DNA of 64,000 nt from Eledone cirrhosa (lineage: Eukaryota), in the NCBI GenBank assembly GCA_964016885.1, contig OZ024743.1:374976001-375040000 (forward strand), read 5' to 3'. Shown here piece by piece: positions 1 to 14,825 of this stretch (position 1 is its first letter; every line of letters begins with the position of its first letter). Position numbers and translations under genes: made by a program. Under the pieces are notes generated by a model. That model worked only from the letters and a program-made list of their open reading frames with translations, was not told where the DNA came from and searched no databases.

Positions 1-175
1 TCTTTTGTGTGTTATCATTGTTGTTGTTGTTATTCGTGTTGGCTTGCTTTTTTCCTTTGTTGGTGTTGTCATTGTTGCTGTTGTTGGTTGTGTTGTTATT
101 GTCATTGTTGCTGTTGTTGGTTGTGTTGTTATTGTCATTGTTGTTCTTGTTTGTGTAATTGTTACTTTTGGGGTT
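1..175. repeat. (TGT/GTT)n low-complexity tract
   Basis: Imperfect GTT triplet runs; the poly-V and poly-C ORFs are artefacts. Confidence 0.85.
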
Positions 176-519
176 TTCACCCATTTCCACATTTCTTTTC
201 TTTTGATTCCGTGGTGTCTTTTGTGGGAGTGAGGAGGGAAGGCTTACAACATTGTGCTGCTACCTTCTCTCTATCACTTTCCTTGGGGAGCGTGGCATGC
301 GTCGTATTAATGGCGTCCATTGTCACTAAACGAATTTTTATCGACAACTTATAACTATTAAATTTCGCCCCAAAAAGAGGCGAAATTTATTTTACCCAAC
401 GTCTGCAGGCACAGGCGAGGGGTTAATCACAACAAATAACAAATTACTTAAACAGACCTACCGCTTCTCGTAATGAATTCCGACAAAATGCAGGAGCAAA
501 AACACGTCTATCTTCTCCG

Positions 520-583
<64 letters not shown>
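520..583. repeat. (GATA)n microsatellite
   Basis: Perfect GATA run. Confidence 0.95.
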
Positions 584-584
<1 letters not shown>

Positions 585-614
585 CATATGTGTGTATATA
601 TATATATAAGCTGG

Positions 615-965
615 CCCCTTCCTCACACTTTCACTCACTCACTCTCTGCTACTCCTCCTCTTTCACTTCCTCCCGTCTGACCTGCGTGAAATTCTTTCCT
701 CTCTCACTTTTCTCGTGGCTCGGACGCATCTGTTTCTTCTCGTCATTTGATTTGTCGGACTTAAGCCCACAGGATTCATTGACTTGTCTCTCATTTCCTC
801 TCTTTACGTTGCATTACTACCATGGTGTCTGTTTCCTTTCCTCTGCCCCGATAACTTAATTTAGTTATCTCTCGCACTGATTTTAGGTATCTAGTCTTTA
901 ATGCGAAGAAATACCAATGGTAATCAGCAGGCTACTGATGAAGGACAGTCTTGTTTCTCGGTCTA
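615..965 (+). mobile_element. Family-A repeat (Penelope-associated terminal repeat), copy 1
   Basis: CT-rich leader and structured core align by eye with the reverse complement of 47460-47820 and with 58900-59150. Confidence 0.7.
850..951 (+). ncRNA. Permuted, pseudoknotted hammerhead-like motif, copy 1
   Basis: GGTAT-C-TAGTCT...GCGAA-GAA-ATACC...AGGCTA-CTGATGA. Helices: 886-890/911-915, 892-897/929-934, 877-882/922-927, 872-876/902-906. Confidence 0.6.
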
Positions 966-971
966 TTTTTA

Positions 972-1399
<428 letters not shown>

Positions 1400-1929
1400 C
1401 ATGAATAAGTATGGTATTGCATAATATTGAGTCCAAATTGCATGAAAACTTCGAACAAGCTGCAGGAGATACATGTATATAAGACAACACGGCAACATAG
1501 AGACAGGAGACAAGATTAAAATGGCCTAGAAATGACAGGAAAATTTATTTTCATCAATAGCAAATTAAATTTCTTTTTAGGTCTAAAATATCTAAAATTT
1601 ATTATAAAGTCAAAATAAAGTTTAAAGCAATTTAAATATTTTCAGATTTTAGATATATATTGATTAGAATTTTATTTAAAATATTGATAATTGTCAAAAC
1701 TTTTCTTTCAAAGAAAATATCTGAAGTCTTAGTGAAAGAAAATAAATTTTAAAAAAGAAAAGAAGAAAAAAAAACAAACAAATAAAGCAATTGACAAAAG
1801 CGGTTGGTCAAACAACTCCCTAAGGAATTAATAGAAATAAAAAGATACAAACTTATTGCTATATTGTACGATAAACAAATGCACTTAGTATTTCTAAAAA
1901 CATCTAGAAGGGGACTTATCAGAATATGT

Positions 1930-2100
1930 AGAGCAGTGAGTAAAATGTCAATGTTGTATTTGTTACGGTTCTGATCATTTTGTGTTCAAATCCCACCGGG
2001 GCAAACTTTCTCTCTTATCCTTCCCGGGTCGATAAAATATAATGCCTCTCAAGTGTTGGGCTTGATAAAATCAACTTGGATTTCCTGGCTTATTGTCTAA
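1930..2100 (+). mobile_element. tRNA-derived SINE (family S1), degenerate
   Basis: B-box-like GTTCAAATCC followed by tatccttcccgggtcgataaaat. Confidence 0.65.
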
Positions 2101-2467
2101 ATTTTTTGTCAATATTTCTAGAAACATCAACCCGTTTCTGATAATCAGATGGGTGGAATTGTTTAAAGGAACAAAGAAGTAGTGATCATAATGTTGAGAT
2201 GACATTCAGATCTTTGGAAACGTTTGAAACAATGTCTGCAATCGATGTGAACACAACAACCCATTAAATCTCTTCAGTACTTTATCTAATATTGAGTGTC
2301 AATAATGTGTCTTTGTGTAAATAACAACACACAAAGTTTCAGGAGATTTACATTCATTTATGCACTGGCGATCAGAATATTGTGTTCTGCATTAAGCTAT
2401 TAGAAAATCGTAATGTATTTTACAAGAATAGATTTTCTTCGGCATTCCTGCATTATATTATATATAA

Positions 2468-2502
<35 letters not shown>

Positions 2503-2518
2503 CGTATATGCATATATC

Positions 2519-2605
<87 letters not shown>

Positions 2606-2689
2606 TATATATACATATATATATATTATATATATATATATATATATATTATATATTATATATATATATATTATATATATACACATATG

Positions 2690-2785
<96 letters not shown>

Positions 2786-3139
2786 GAAAGAGAGATATCG
2801 ATACTGCTACATTTAGTGTTAAAATGTTTTCAGAAAATTATGGAAGCAATTACAGAGAAATGGTGGGCGTGTGTATAGGGATAGGAGAAAAGTGGAATAT
2901 GTTTCGTTTTATCGTTTAAACCGTTAATTGCCAGACGACAACACAATAGGTCTTACATACCTTACAAAATGAGAATCGTAGATCTGGGGAAATACCACAT
3001 ATGTTAGACATACATAGAGCATTATATTACTTCTAAACATCTTTTTACTACAACCAACAGTACCAACAACTATACCACCTCCACCATCATCATCGCCACA
3101 ACCGCCACCACCAGCTACAGCAATACACGAAAAATATAT

Positions 3140-3750
3140 ACGGTCTGAGTTCAAATCCCGTCGTGGTTAACTTTGCCTTTCATCCTTACGGGGTCGATAG
3201 AATAAAGTACCAGTAATGCACTGGGTAATTGCTGGCCTTGTGCCTAAAGTAGAAACAATAATAATAGTAATAATAATGATTTCTACTATAGGCACAAAGC
3301 CAGCAATTTGGGGAGAGGGGAAAATCGATTAAATCGACCCCAGTGCGTGACTGGTATTTTATTTTATCGACTCTTCGATACGAGATTTTCGGCGAGATTT
3401 TTAACATAAACATCCCGTTAAGGTTAGCTTTGCCTTCCTTCCTTACTATGTCGATAAAATAAAGTACCAGTCACGCACTGGCGTCAATTTAATCGACTTT
3501 CCCCTCCCCCAAAATGTCTGGCCTTGTGCCTATATAAGAAATCATTATTTTTATTATTATAGGCGGTGGCTTGGCAGTATCGGTAGAGGGTCGGACGCCA
3601 TGCTTTGCAGCATAGTTACGACCCTTTACGATCTGAGTTCAAATCCCGCCGAGGTTGACTTTGCCTTTCATCCTTACGGGGTCGATAAAATAAAGTACCA
3701 GTAATGCACTGGGTAATTGCTGGCCTTGTGCCTAAAAGTAGAAACAATTA
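3140..3750. mobile_element. Cluster of four S1 SINE copies or fragments, tandem and inverted
   Basis: gttcaaatcccgccgaggttgactttgcctttcatccttacggggtcgataaaataaagtaccag recurs on + at about 3145, 3412 and 3560, with an inverted copy at about 3275-3410. Confidence 0.85.
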
Positions 3751-4037
3751 TTTTTATTATTATAATGATAATTAATGATGATGATGATGATGATGATGAT
3801 GAACGTAATGATCACAGAGACAATAAGCAGCCATGTTGTTTAATGGTAATACATGTGAGTGTAGAATGAAGTTATTGATCACTTCAATAGTATTTTGTTT
3901 TTATATTGTTTATCATTGGTAATGGCATTCTACATTCAATTCCTCCTCCTTTACATATTTTGGGGGAATAATACGGAATATATCTTTGATCTGAAATATA
4001 ATTTTTATGTTGAATTCCTATCAAATCACTTTCATAC

Positions 4038-4143
<106 letters not shown>

Positions 4144-4211
4144 TGCATGCATGTATGTGAACATATTTGCATACATACATGCATATATATATGCATACAT
4201 CTCTCTCTCTC

Positions 4212-4332
<121 letters not shown>

Positions 4333-5222
4333 TGTATGTATGTACGTATGTATGTATGTATGTATGTAAGTATTTGTTCAAGATGAATGGTATGACTGGT
4401 TTGAAGAAATAATAAGTTATATTAATTTGCATGGATAGAGGGGGAGAGACAAAGATGGAGAGAGAAACCAATAACACAAACAAATGACACGTGACACATA
4501 GGGATAAGGAGACATGCTTTCTGAGACAAGCTTACAAACCAAAGCTGCGATATAACAAAGCAGAAATAAATTCTGTCGACAAGAATGACCTAAATAGAAA
4601 TGACTGAAGGAAATTTCAAATTAAAATACACAGACATCAGTTTTCTTTTTATTTATCTTCTATTTCTAACTCTATCTTCTAACTCTGTAAGAGGTCCTCA
4701 AGACTACTGTACAAATATCTGCGGTGGTTAAAAGATGACAAAATAAAATGGATTACTTCAATCGCTATAGAATATGTCAACCATGCACAATGAAGAAGGC
4801 CAATATAATCGTTTAAAAACATCAAATAGTTACTTAAATACTCTTTCAAAATACTTTGGAGTATGCCGTCACTGTTACAAAGACTTCTTTAAAAATGGTA
4901 AATGAGGGCTTATAAACCGTGAGAACGTGGGCAAAGAAACTGGTATAAACGGAGACTTTGTCGCAATTTCAAGATCGAAACGCCCTTTAGCGGGATTCCG
5001 GTGATGTGAAGCAAGCCAGGGAGAGAAACTTTATAGATTTGGTTGATCCAGGTCTTTTGCTTGCTAGAATTAGCTGTCGAAATAACAAGAGCTCAGCCGT
5101 TGGGCCCCGAATCTTTTTAACATCAATTTTTGTACATGTTTTAAAGATCCTTTATATATATATACACAGTGCGCTTTTCAAACCCTTTTTTTGAAATCAT
5201 TTTTCTTATATATATATATACA

Positions 5223-5615
5223 CGAGGGTAATCCCAAAAGTAAGGTCTCCAAAGCGATGGGCACGCAGAGAAACTGTTCGTACGGCTGTTGGCAACACTG
5301 GTGTGATTGGTGCTTCCTTCACTCCCAAACAAGCACGCGCGCGCTTCGCTGGGATGCTTAATCTTGGCTTGGCAGCCGTTGAGAATGGAGCTCCCGTTGA
5401 ACGCTACCGCTAAGTGCGAATTTCGCGCAGTTATTAGATACGAGGGCAATCCCAAAAGCAAGGTCTCCTTCCGAGGAAAATTGCGTAAAGATCGGCGGAT
5501 CACTCTGGATGCTCTCTGCATTTTGGTTCCTGAGGTTTCCCGAAGCACCATCCACAGGATTTTAACGGAAAAGTTGCAATATCGGAAGGAGACCTTACTT
5601 TTGGGATTGCCCTCG
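5223..5615 (+). mobile_element. Non-autonomous mariner element (internally deleted) with an extra internal TIR
   Basis: TIR CGAGGGT/CAATCCCAAAAGTAAGGTCTCC at 5223, again at 5441, and inverted ending at 5615. It sits in (TA)n. Remnants MELPLNATAKCEFRAVIRY and DRRITLDAL...VSRSTIHRILTEKLQYRK resemble mariner HTH domains. Confidence 0.9.
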
Positions 5616-6342
5616 TATATATATATATATATATATATATAAATTCAACTTCTATCATAGGAAGCCTAGCAGAGTCCACCTCTTTCCAGGTCGGAACAAA
5701 GCTGAGACAGAGAGGTGAAAGAAAGAGAGGGGGAGAGAGAAAATATATTCTAACACATGATGGGTAGTAATATCTATCTCTGAGTGAAGTAAGTTGTCTA
5801 TCCGGTTTTGCAATGCCTCCGCCACTCTACCGTCTTAAGTTTTCTTAATATCAAAGTAATCCAACTACCATTTTAAAAAATACCCCCCGAACCCCCCCCC
5901 CCCAAAACCCCCAAAAACATTGCATTCTCTAAAGGTTTCCCAATATTCTTTCATGTTTGGTATATGTTACAATTCTTTAATTGCAAAAGTCTATTTAGGA
6001 GCTATTTAAATTTAATTTTTAAAAGTATATATTCATGAAGTCAATAAGAGGTTTGTAAGAATGTCTCCTATTGTCTCAGTAAAATAGTTTTGCTTAAGTT
6101 ATATTTCAAAATCTATATTCATGTATTCATTATCTGCAGACTAGTTGCACATAATCCTTTGTTTATTCGCATCATTAGTTGCAAACGATGATGGATAACA
6201 ACTTTTTCACAACAGTACACTCCATATTTATCCTATAATTGCTGTCGGGAAAATGTCATGGATGTTGTTGTTGTTGAGGGGGTTGTAATTGTTGTTGTTG
6301 TTGTAGTTATTGCTGTAGTTGTTGTTTTGAGGTGGTTGTGAT

Positions 6343-6343
6343 T

Positions 6344-6413
<70 letters not shown>
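6343..6413. repeat. (TAG)n microsatellite
   Basis: Perfect GTA run. Confidence 0.95.
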
Positions 6414-6849
6414 ATATTCACTGACTCAATGTTGATTAGAGGATAAAGTTTAATATTCCATTAATGATACAAAACTTTGTTCGTAATTGTATGTGTAATT
6501 TCTATGTGAATTCATGCTGATTCTTCGTATTCCTCCCACTAATATTGAAATTGGTTGTATAGAAGATCTTACTGCTTCATTTGTTCGTCTGATTGGGTGA
6601 ACCGATAATATTATTTTGATAGAATTGAAGATAGATAAGATGTTTTCTGAAGAGCAAAAACTATGTCCTCCGCCTCAATCTACTGCTTTATTAAAGTAGA
6701 ACCTCTCCCAATCAAGTGTGTTATTTGGCTAACGGTATATTCTGTACTTTTGTTGTAGCTTTTAACCTTTTTTAAGGCATATGTTGAACTCTTGATATCA
6801 TGGTTCTCTAGCTGGAAGGTTCTCACTTAGCAAGATTATTTTATCTGAA

Positions 6850-7070
6850 AGACGGTGTATTGGCAGAATCGGTAGAGCGTCGGACAACATGCTTAGCGGC
6901 ATAGAGTTATTTCCCTTTACGTTCTAAGTTCAAATCCCGCCGAGGTTAGCTTTGACTTTCATCTTTACAGGGGTCGATAAAATAAAGTACCAGTAACGCA
7001 CTGGGGTTGATTAAATCTACTTTCCACTCCCCTTCAAATTTCTGGCCTTGTGCCTAAAGTAGAAACAATT
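6850..7070 (+). mobile_element. S1 SINE, full length
   Basis: A-box-like TGGCAGAATCGG, B-box-like GTTCAAATCC, conserved core and gccttgtgcctaaagtagaaac tail. Confidence 0.85.
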
Positions 7071-7694
7071 ATTTTATCTGAAAGATCAGCAGTCGTTTAT
7101 GCATTCAAGACTTCCCTCCTCGAACCGTCAATATTTTGGAGGGGTTGTGGAAGGAGAAACCCGATACAGCTTGGTACCAGTGACAACGCAGGCGAACTCA
7201 AAAAGGAACAGGGCAAGCTATCACATTTGACAATTCCGTCAGTATTCCTCCTTTAAATGGTACTTTATGTATCGGCCACAGTGGATGATAGGGAAAGGTT
7301 GACTTCAGTGATGTTTGAATTGAGAGTGCAGCGAGCCCGGAACAAATGAACGAAACTTTAATCGCAAGTTCCTTTGGCCTTATTGCTAATTCACTGCAAT
7401 AAATATCTCTTTGGTTTGTGGCTTTCTTTCAAGGTAAGAAGAGCAAGGTCCATGACGTCGAAAACCCACTGATTCTTGAAGGAGGCAGCCCGATTATTTT
7501 CTAGTCAAATATCCTCTCCGAACATTTCCAGTAGAGGGAATTTTATTAAAAGCGTCAAAAGTTCTGGTGGTGGTGTGGTGGTGTTAGATCGAATGATGAA
7601 TTATTATATCTAAAATATAGATGGATTACAACAGAAAAGGCGGAATAAATGATTATTCAAATTTCGTTCAAGGGATTGGTATATATAAATATAA

Positions 7695-7740
<46 letters not shown>

Positions 7741-7794
7741 GTGAGGTTTTTTTTACAAAATGAAAAATAACCGAGGTGTCCTACACGAGTGAAA

Positions 7795-8092
7795 GTATAA
7801 AGAAAAAAGATGAAATCGAAAATGCAACTGGAGTCTTATTTTTAAAAAAAATATATATATTTATTTGGTTCCTTTACCGGTTTCGCAGTTCTTCTGCTTT
7901 TCAAAAGTAGAGTTGAGATGGAGGGTCTGTGGTTTTTCTCACATCGAGATGTGAGAAAAACCATAGACCCTCCATCTCAACTCTACTTTTGAAAAGCAGA
8001 AGAACTGCGAAACCGGTAAAGGAACCAAATAAATATATATATTTTTTTTAAAAATAAGACTCCAGTTGCATTTTCGATTTCATCTTTTTTTC

Positions 8093-8100
<8 letters not shown>
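7795..8100. repeat. About 300-bp near-perfect palindrome carrying degenerate hammerhead motifs on both strands
   Basis: Arms of about 150 bp around a GA loop at 7946-7947. 7986-8022 reads TTGAAAA-GCAG-AAGAA-CTGC-GAAA-CCGG-TA. Confidence 0.85.
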
Positions 8101-8128
<28 letters not shown>

Positions 8129-8146
8129 TATATATTTGTGTGTATC

Positions 8147-8286
<140 letters not shown>

Positions 8287-8784
8287 CACATGAGTGTATA
8301 TGTGTATGTGGACTCATACAGCATGTACGTGTCCCATATAACCTGAATACGATTTCCAAGAAAAGATGGTCCAGTATAACATTGAATCTCAAATTACGTT
8401 CATTTCACGTGGGTACGTGTTTGTTTATGAGTATGTGTATGCATGTACGCGCGTGTATGTGTATATGTGTGCATGCATGTATGTCTCTGTGTGTGTGTAT
8501 GTGTGTATGTGTATATGTGTGCATGCATGTATGTCTCTTTGTGTGTGTGTGCATCTTTCAAAATATTGTCAAGAAGCCACTAATGGCCTCCAGGCCATTC
8601 ATAGTGTATATATAATAATAATGAAAACTAAGTAACTCGCCAAAGAAACACACAGATGATATCTTTGTTAGGTTGAGATTCCGTGATCTATAACGCACAC
8701 ACAGCAGTCTTAAAGAAAACCAAAATGTCAAAGTCACACAGCATCTTTGCTATTTATTATTACTATTATCATTGTTATTACTGA

Positions 8785-8785
<1 letters not shown>

Positions 8786-8836
<51 letters not shown>
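8786..8836. repeat. (ATT)n microsatellite
   Basis: Perfect run. Confidence 0.95.
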
Positions 8837-8839
<3 letters not shown>

Positions 8840-9495
8840 AATTCGGTTGTTTCCTATCATCAATTAAACTTATTTGTCTGTTGAGGTTTAAATCTGATCA
8901 AAACTAGAATACCAGCTGTCCACAATAAACCGAATTAACAACATTGTTTTGTCATCAATGCCTTGCTAAATACGATAAACGCGACTCAACGACCATGAAA
9001 TACGATTGCAAAAGAAAAAAATGGAACAAAGACTTTTACAATGTATGTCAACAAGGGGTAGGGGCTGAAATATTTGAGGAAAGGGCTCTGCACGAAGTAT
9101 ACATATATATATATATATAAGTAGAGTCTCGCAATCTGAATATGGCAATTTATAAAAATATAACTGATGCTTTCACTACAATTTCAAAACATACCACCTT
9201 CATTGGTATTCAGATCATGAGAATCAAGTAAGGGAGAGAATTCCTATAGCCTGAGTTAATTTAAATCTTTTGAAACAATTTAAGGGAATTCAGTAGGAGA
9301 GTACCGTCTCTATAAGCCAGCTTGGTGAAAGCAACTGTGATATTTCAATCATATTAGATCCCTTCAATGAAGCATACAATATAGATGTCAATGTGTGTAG
9401 CTACTTATTAGTTATTGAGCTTTATTTCATGAAGCGACTAAGAGTACAAGACTTCCCCCTGGAAAGGACGCTAGTGCATCACAGTGTTATGTAAA

Positions 9496-9529
<34 letters not shown>

Positions 9530-9533
<4 letters not shown>

Positions 9534-9772
9534 GTAAAGCCTGTATCGATCTCGGAGACTCATCAGGTCGGTGCTTATCTCGGTCTCCATGGCATGAAGC
9601 GAGAATACAAGAACTCCCTGCTGGACACGATCCCAGTCCATTGCCAGGTTAAACCCCCAGCTATTGTTGGTACTCATTTTCAGCTGAGCATACTGTAGCA
9701 ACGTGAAAGTGGAATCGAATCTACATCATGATCATAAGTCCAACACCCTTACCACTAGGCCACGCGCCTCCT
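9530..9772 (-). mobile_element. tRNA-derived SINE (family S2)
   Basis: Reverse complement starts gaggcgcgtggcctagtggtaagggtgttggact...ttcgattcc and is homologous to 11045-11240. Confidence 0.8.
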
Positions 9773-10395
9773 ATAGCAAACTATATAATACTATAAATCA
9801 CTTTTTTTCTGGTGCTCTATAATCGTATCATACATCCCCCCTCCCTCTCTGTATATCTAATTGATATCGACATCTGATTAATTCTCCACATTTCAACTAA
9901 GAGCTTAAATATAGTTGAGGCTCTCATATTTCACTGCTACACTGACATACATATAAAGAAAGATACTCCGATGAACTTGTCGCTTTTCAAAAGAATTTAT
10001 GGATATGTGAAATGGGATTTTGTAGTTTTATTACAGCTTTTATCATTTTGCATTCACTACATTACTTTATTCGGGGGAATTGTCCAAGATATATATATAT
10101 ATACGTCAATCGAAAGTAGTATTCAGAATTAAAAATCAATAACATATATTGATATCATAAATGCACACTTTCTTTATCTTTTTATTTATTTTATTATTTA
10201 TTGGGTTTGTTTCTTTCCTTTCACTTTCTTTCTTTATCTATTTCTTTCTTTCTTTATTTCTTTATTTATTTATTTGTTTCCCCCTTCTATATATTTCGGC
10301 ATCAGTTTTACTCTCAACAATTATACGTCCATTATATTTGTGCTCACACAAAAAATAACGTAAATGCCTATTAATATATACTAAGACGGACACAC

Positions 10396-10547
<152 letters not shown>

Positions 10548-11044
10548 CATACATATATTATATATTCATATATATATGTATATACATGCATACATATATA
10601 TTTTCCTATATACCTGAAATATGTTTCTGTGTGGGTACATACACATACATACATGATGGCTGCCCCACTAGTTATCGAGTATGGCCATTGTACGATATAC
10701 CATTATTAATAATAATTAATAATAATTAAGGGCGGTGGATTGGCAGCTTTCGTTCTGTTCACAGAACGGAATGGAGTGTTGTTTGAGGATATATTTGTAA
10801 CAGTATCCACAAATGTTTTGATATTCGGGGTGGGAGATTAAAAGACCGATCAACAAGTGGTAGATAGTGTGTAATTACATCTCTACTTGATTCATGAAGG
10901 CCCATGTTGTAAAATAGGTAGGCTTGAATGGGTTATTAAGGTTTTGTATTTGAGGGTTGGAAACTCACTCTACAGAAAACCATGTTATGGTCTAAGATGA
11001 GAGTTTTTCAGTTGCAATATCATAAAGATTCTTAGTGTAGATGT

Positions 11045-11240
11045 GGAGATGCGTGTGCTAGTGGTAAGGGTGTTGGACTTACGACCATAATGCCGTGGGT
11101 TCGATTCCCTGGCTGGGTTGTGTTTTTTTTAGCAAAACACCTCATTTCACATTGCTCCAGTATACTCAGTTGAAAATGAGTACCAACAATAGCTGGGGAA
11201 TTTAGCCCGACTATGGACTGGGAGAAGGACCGGCTTGACA
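11045..11240 (+). mobile_element. S2 SINE
   Basis: tagtggtaagggtgttggact...ggttcgattccc head and tcagttgaaaatgagtaccaacaatagctgggg body. Confidence 0.8.
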
Positions 11241-11493
11241 AACCGCCTGGCTTGAGACAGACTTTAGTTAGTGAAGTTGCTTAACACTTAGTACAAAGAG
11301 TGTAAGGAAGTTGGGACAAAATAATAATAAGATACATATAAATATATAAGTATATATATATATATATATATGGCGGGGGGAGGTTGTGTACCTCCTCTAC
11401 CAGTGTTGCTCAATGACTGAAAGAATTTTAAAAATAATTAATCAGAGCTACATAACAATTATAAATGTGAAGACATGATAGACAAAACATACC

Positions 11494-11539
<46 letters not shown>

Positions 11540-11541
<2 letters not shown>

Positions 11542-11660
11542 GGCACGTGGCTGAGTGGTTAGAGAATTGGATTCGCAATCATGAGGTTGTGATTTCGATT
11601 CTTGGACCAGGCGATGCGTTATCTCCTTGAGCAAGGCACTTTATTTCACGTTGCTCCTTC
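11540..11660 (+). mobile_element. S2-like SINE head
   Basis: ggcacgtggctgagtggttagag...ttcgattct...ccttgagcaaggcactttatttcacgttgctcc. Confidence 0.75.
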
Positions 11661-12754
11661 TACCTGGAGTTGCGACCGATAGATAGTATTAGCAATTGGA
11701 AAGACCAACGGAAACATTGTTTCCTCGGTCCAATTTAACGAAAGTCGATCGACTGTCGATATATATATATATACCCTTCCCCAACTAACATACTAACATC
11801 CTTCCCTTCTTCTCCTCCCCCACCCCTCCTTATCACACGCACACACCCACCGGTACATATATACACGCGCTCACACTAAACACACACCCTACTACCACCA
11901 CTAACCCTCACCCCCACACATCCATCCCACCACCCCGCAACTAACATCACTAACACCCCCTGACCCCAAGCACACGAACACACACACCCACTTACACCAC
12001 CCACTCTACACGCAACTAACATCACTAGCACCCCCAACCCTACGCACACGAACACACACACCCTCTTACACCACCCACTCTGCACACCCTACCACCACTG
12101 ACTCCCACTCATACCCGCATTCAACCCTTTCTCCACCTCCAGTATACTAACACCCACTAACACCCCCTTCACCACACACACACACTAGTACACTACAATC
12201 CCTCCATCGGCCCCCACACCCTTCTCTCCCCGCTCCACCCACACCCTTTCTCAAACACACACACACATCCCACTAACACCTCTACTAATACACACAAACC
12301 CCCTCCCCACTCCAACTTTCACACCTACCCATCCTCTCCCCTGTCCACCGCACCTCCGCACACACTGACACACCGACTTTCTTCACTTACCATTCTACCC
12401 TACTGCTGCTATGCCTCTCTGACCACCTCCCCGCACACACACCTCTTCCTGAACATGCAACCCCGTTCTTCCCCCAACCCTTGCTTTCACATACACACAC
12501 ACACACGTACACCTACACACACACACCACCTTCAGCCATCCCCGCTCGGACACCCCGTCTCCCTCTCCCCATTCCACCCACCACCACCCCTACACACCCC
12601 ACACCCTTCCACCACCAGATTTACCCCATTTTAATTGTATTTTGATCATGCCTTTATTTTTAATTTCATTTGCACCGTTTCCTCTCACCCCCTTTTTGCT
12701 ATATGTCTCTCCACCATTCCCTTACACACCCTTTGAACTCTCTTCCCACACACT

Positions 12755-12790
12755 TTTCACCTGAAGAAGGGCTTATGCCCGAAACGTCGT
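12755..12790 (+). ncRNA. Minimal type I hammerhead motif (Penelope type)
   Basis: CTGAAGA-A-GGGC-TTAT-GCCC-GAAAC-GTC with a palindromic ACGT stem III. Stem I is weak. It ends a C/A-rich 1-kb tract and is followed by AATAAA. Confidence 0.65.
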
Positions 12791-12875
12791 CCCCCACCAC
12801 CACCTCACTCTCAAGAGCGTGAAACTAATAAACCTTTGTTCGTACTGCCTCTCTGTTTTGTTCCCGTTCAATTTT

Positions 12876-12971
<96 letters not shown>

Positions 12972-12987
12972 TACATATATATACATA

Positions 12988-13025
<38 letters not shown>

Positions 13026-13333
13026 CTCTGCAGTCAGTAATTAAAACGATGAGTTTACTTTTTTTATGTGCAGTGTAATGTATTGTGAGATAATATTTGT
13101 GGAAATACAACCTATTGACTTTACAGCTATGGCGATATGAGGTTGATGCAATGCAACCTCCATTTGCCAGAACACAGTGGGTAGAACGACGGGTGTATCT
13201 TATTACCTTTCCTATTGAAACAAGGTTATCACTCCAACTAACAACACAGTTCTTATCAATGTTTTAGATTTCAATATATCAATAAAGTATCAACCATTAG
13301 TGAATTAACAGTTTGAGAAAGATTGGCTGATGC

Positions 13334-14825
13334 AGTGAATATCACTAGCTATGGATATCACTAGCTATGGATATCACTAGCTGTGAATATCACTAGCTAT
13401 GGATATCACTAGCTGTGGATATCACTAGCTATGGATCTCACTAGCTATGGATATCACTAGCTGTGGATATCACTAGCTGTGGATATCACTAGCTATGGAT
13501 ATCACTAGCTATGGATATCACTAGCTGTGGATATCACTAGCTGTGGATATCACTAGCTGTGGATATCACTAGCTGTGGATATCACTAGCTGTGGATATCA
13601 CTAGCTATGGATATCACTAGCTATGAATATCACTAGCTGTGGATATCACTAGCTGTGGATATCACTAGCTGTGGATATCACTAGCTGTGGATATCACTAG
13701 CTATGGATATCACTAGCTGTGGATATCACTAGCTGTGGATATCACTAGCTGTGGATATCACTAGCTATGGATATCACTAGCTATGGATATCACTAGCTGT
13801 GGATATCACTAGCTATGGATATCACTAGCTATGGATATCACTAGCTGTGGATATCACTAGCTATGGATATCACTAGCTGTGGATATCACTAGCTATGGAT
13901 ATCACTAGCTATGGATATCACTAGCTGTGGATATCACTAGCTATGGATATCACTAGCTATGGATATCACTAGCTGTGGATATCACTAGCTGTGGATATCA
14001 CTAGCTGTGGATATCACTAGCTGTGGATATCACTAGCTGTGGATATCACTAGCTGTGGATATCACTAGCTGTGGATATCACTAGCTGTGGATATCACTAG
14101 CTATGGATATCACTAGCTATGGATATCACTAGCTGTGGATATCACTAGCTATGGATATCACTAGCTGTGGATATCACTAGCTATGGATATCACTAGCTAT
14201 GGATATCACTAGCTGTGGATATCACTAGCTGTGGATATCACTAGCTGTGGATATCACTAGCTGTGGATATCACTAGCTATGGATATCACTAGCTATGGAT
14301 ATCACTAGCTGTGGATATCACTAGCTGTGGATATCACTAGCTATGGATATCACTAGCTGTGGATATCACTAGCTATCAATATCACTAGCTGTGGATATCA
14401 CTAGCTGTGGATATCACTAGCTATCAATTTCACTAGCTGTGGATATCACTAGCTGTGGATATCACTAGCTATGGATATCACTAGCTATGGATATCACTAG
14501 CTGTGGATATCACTAGCTGTGGATATCACTAGCTGTGGATATCACTAGCTGTGGATATCACTAGCTGTGGATATCACTAACTATAGATGTCGCTAGCTAT
14601 GGATATCGTTAACTGGTGATATCACTAGCTGTGGATATCACTAGCTGTGGATATCACTAGCTGTGGATATCACTAGCTGTGGATATCACTAGCTGTGGAT
14701 ATCACTAGCTGTGGATATCACTAGCTATCAATATCACTAGCTGTGGATATCACTAGCTGTGAATATCACTAGCTGTGTATATCATTAGCTGGGGATATAT
14801 TGCTAACTGAGGATATCATTATCTG
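13334..14825. repeat. 17-bp minisatellite GGATATCACTAGCT(G/A)T
   Basis: About 1.5 kb of tandem units with one dimorphic position and degenerate ends. Confidence 0.97.

Noticed and set aside
850-951. Family-A motif read as an HDV-like, twister or pistol ribozyme
   Set aside because: The helix order and conserved nucleotides do not fit those consensus folds on either strand. Only the hammerhead core segments match.
13334-14825. CRISPR-like appearance of the tandem arrays
   Set aside because: There are no unique spacers and no cas genes, and the context is eukaryotic.
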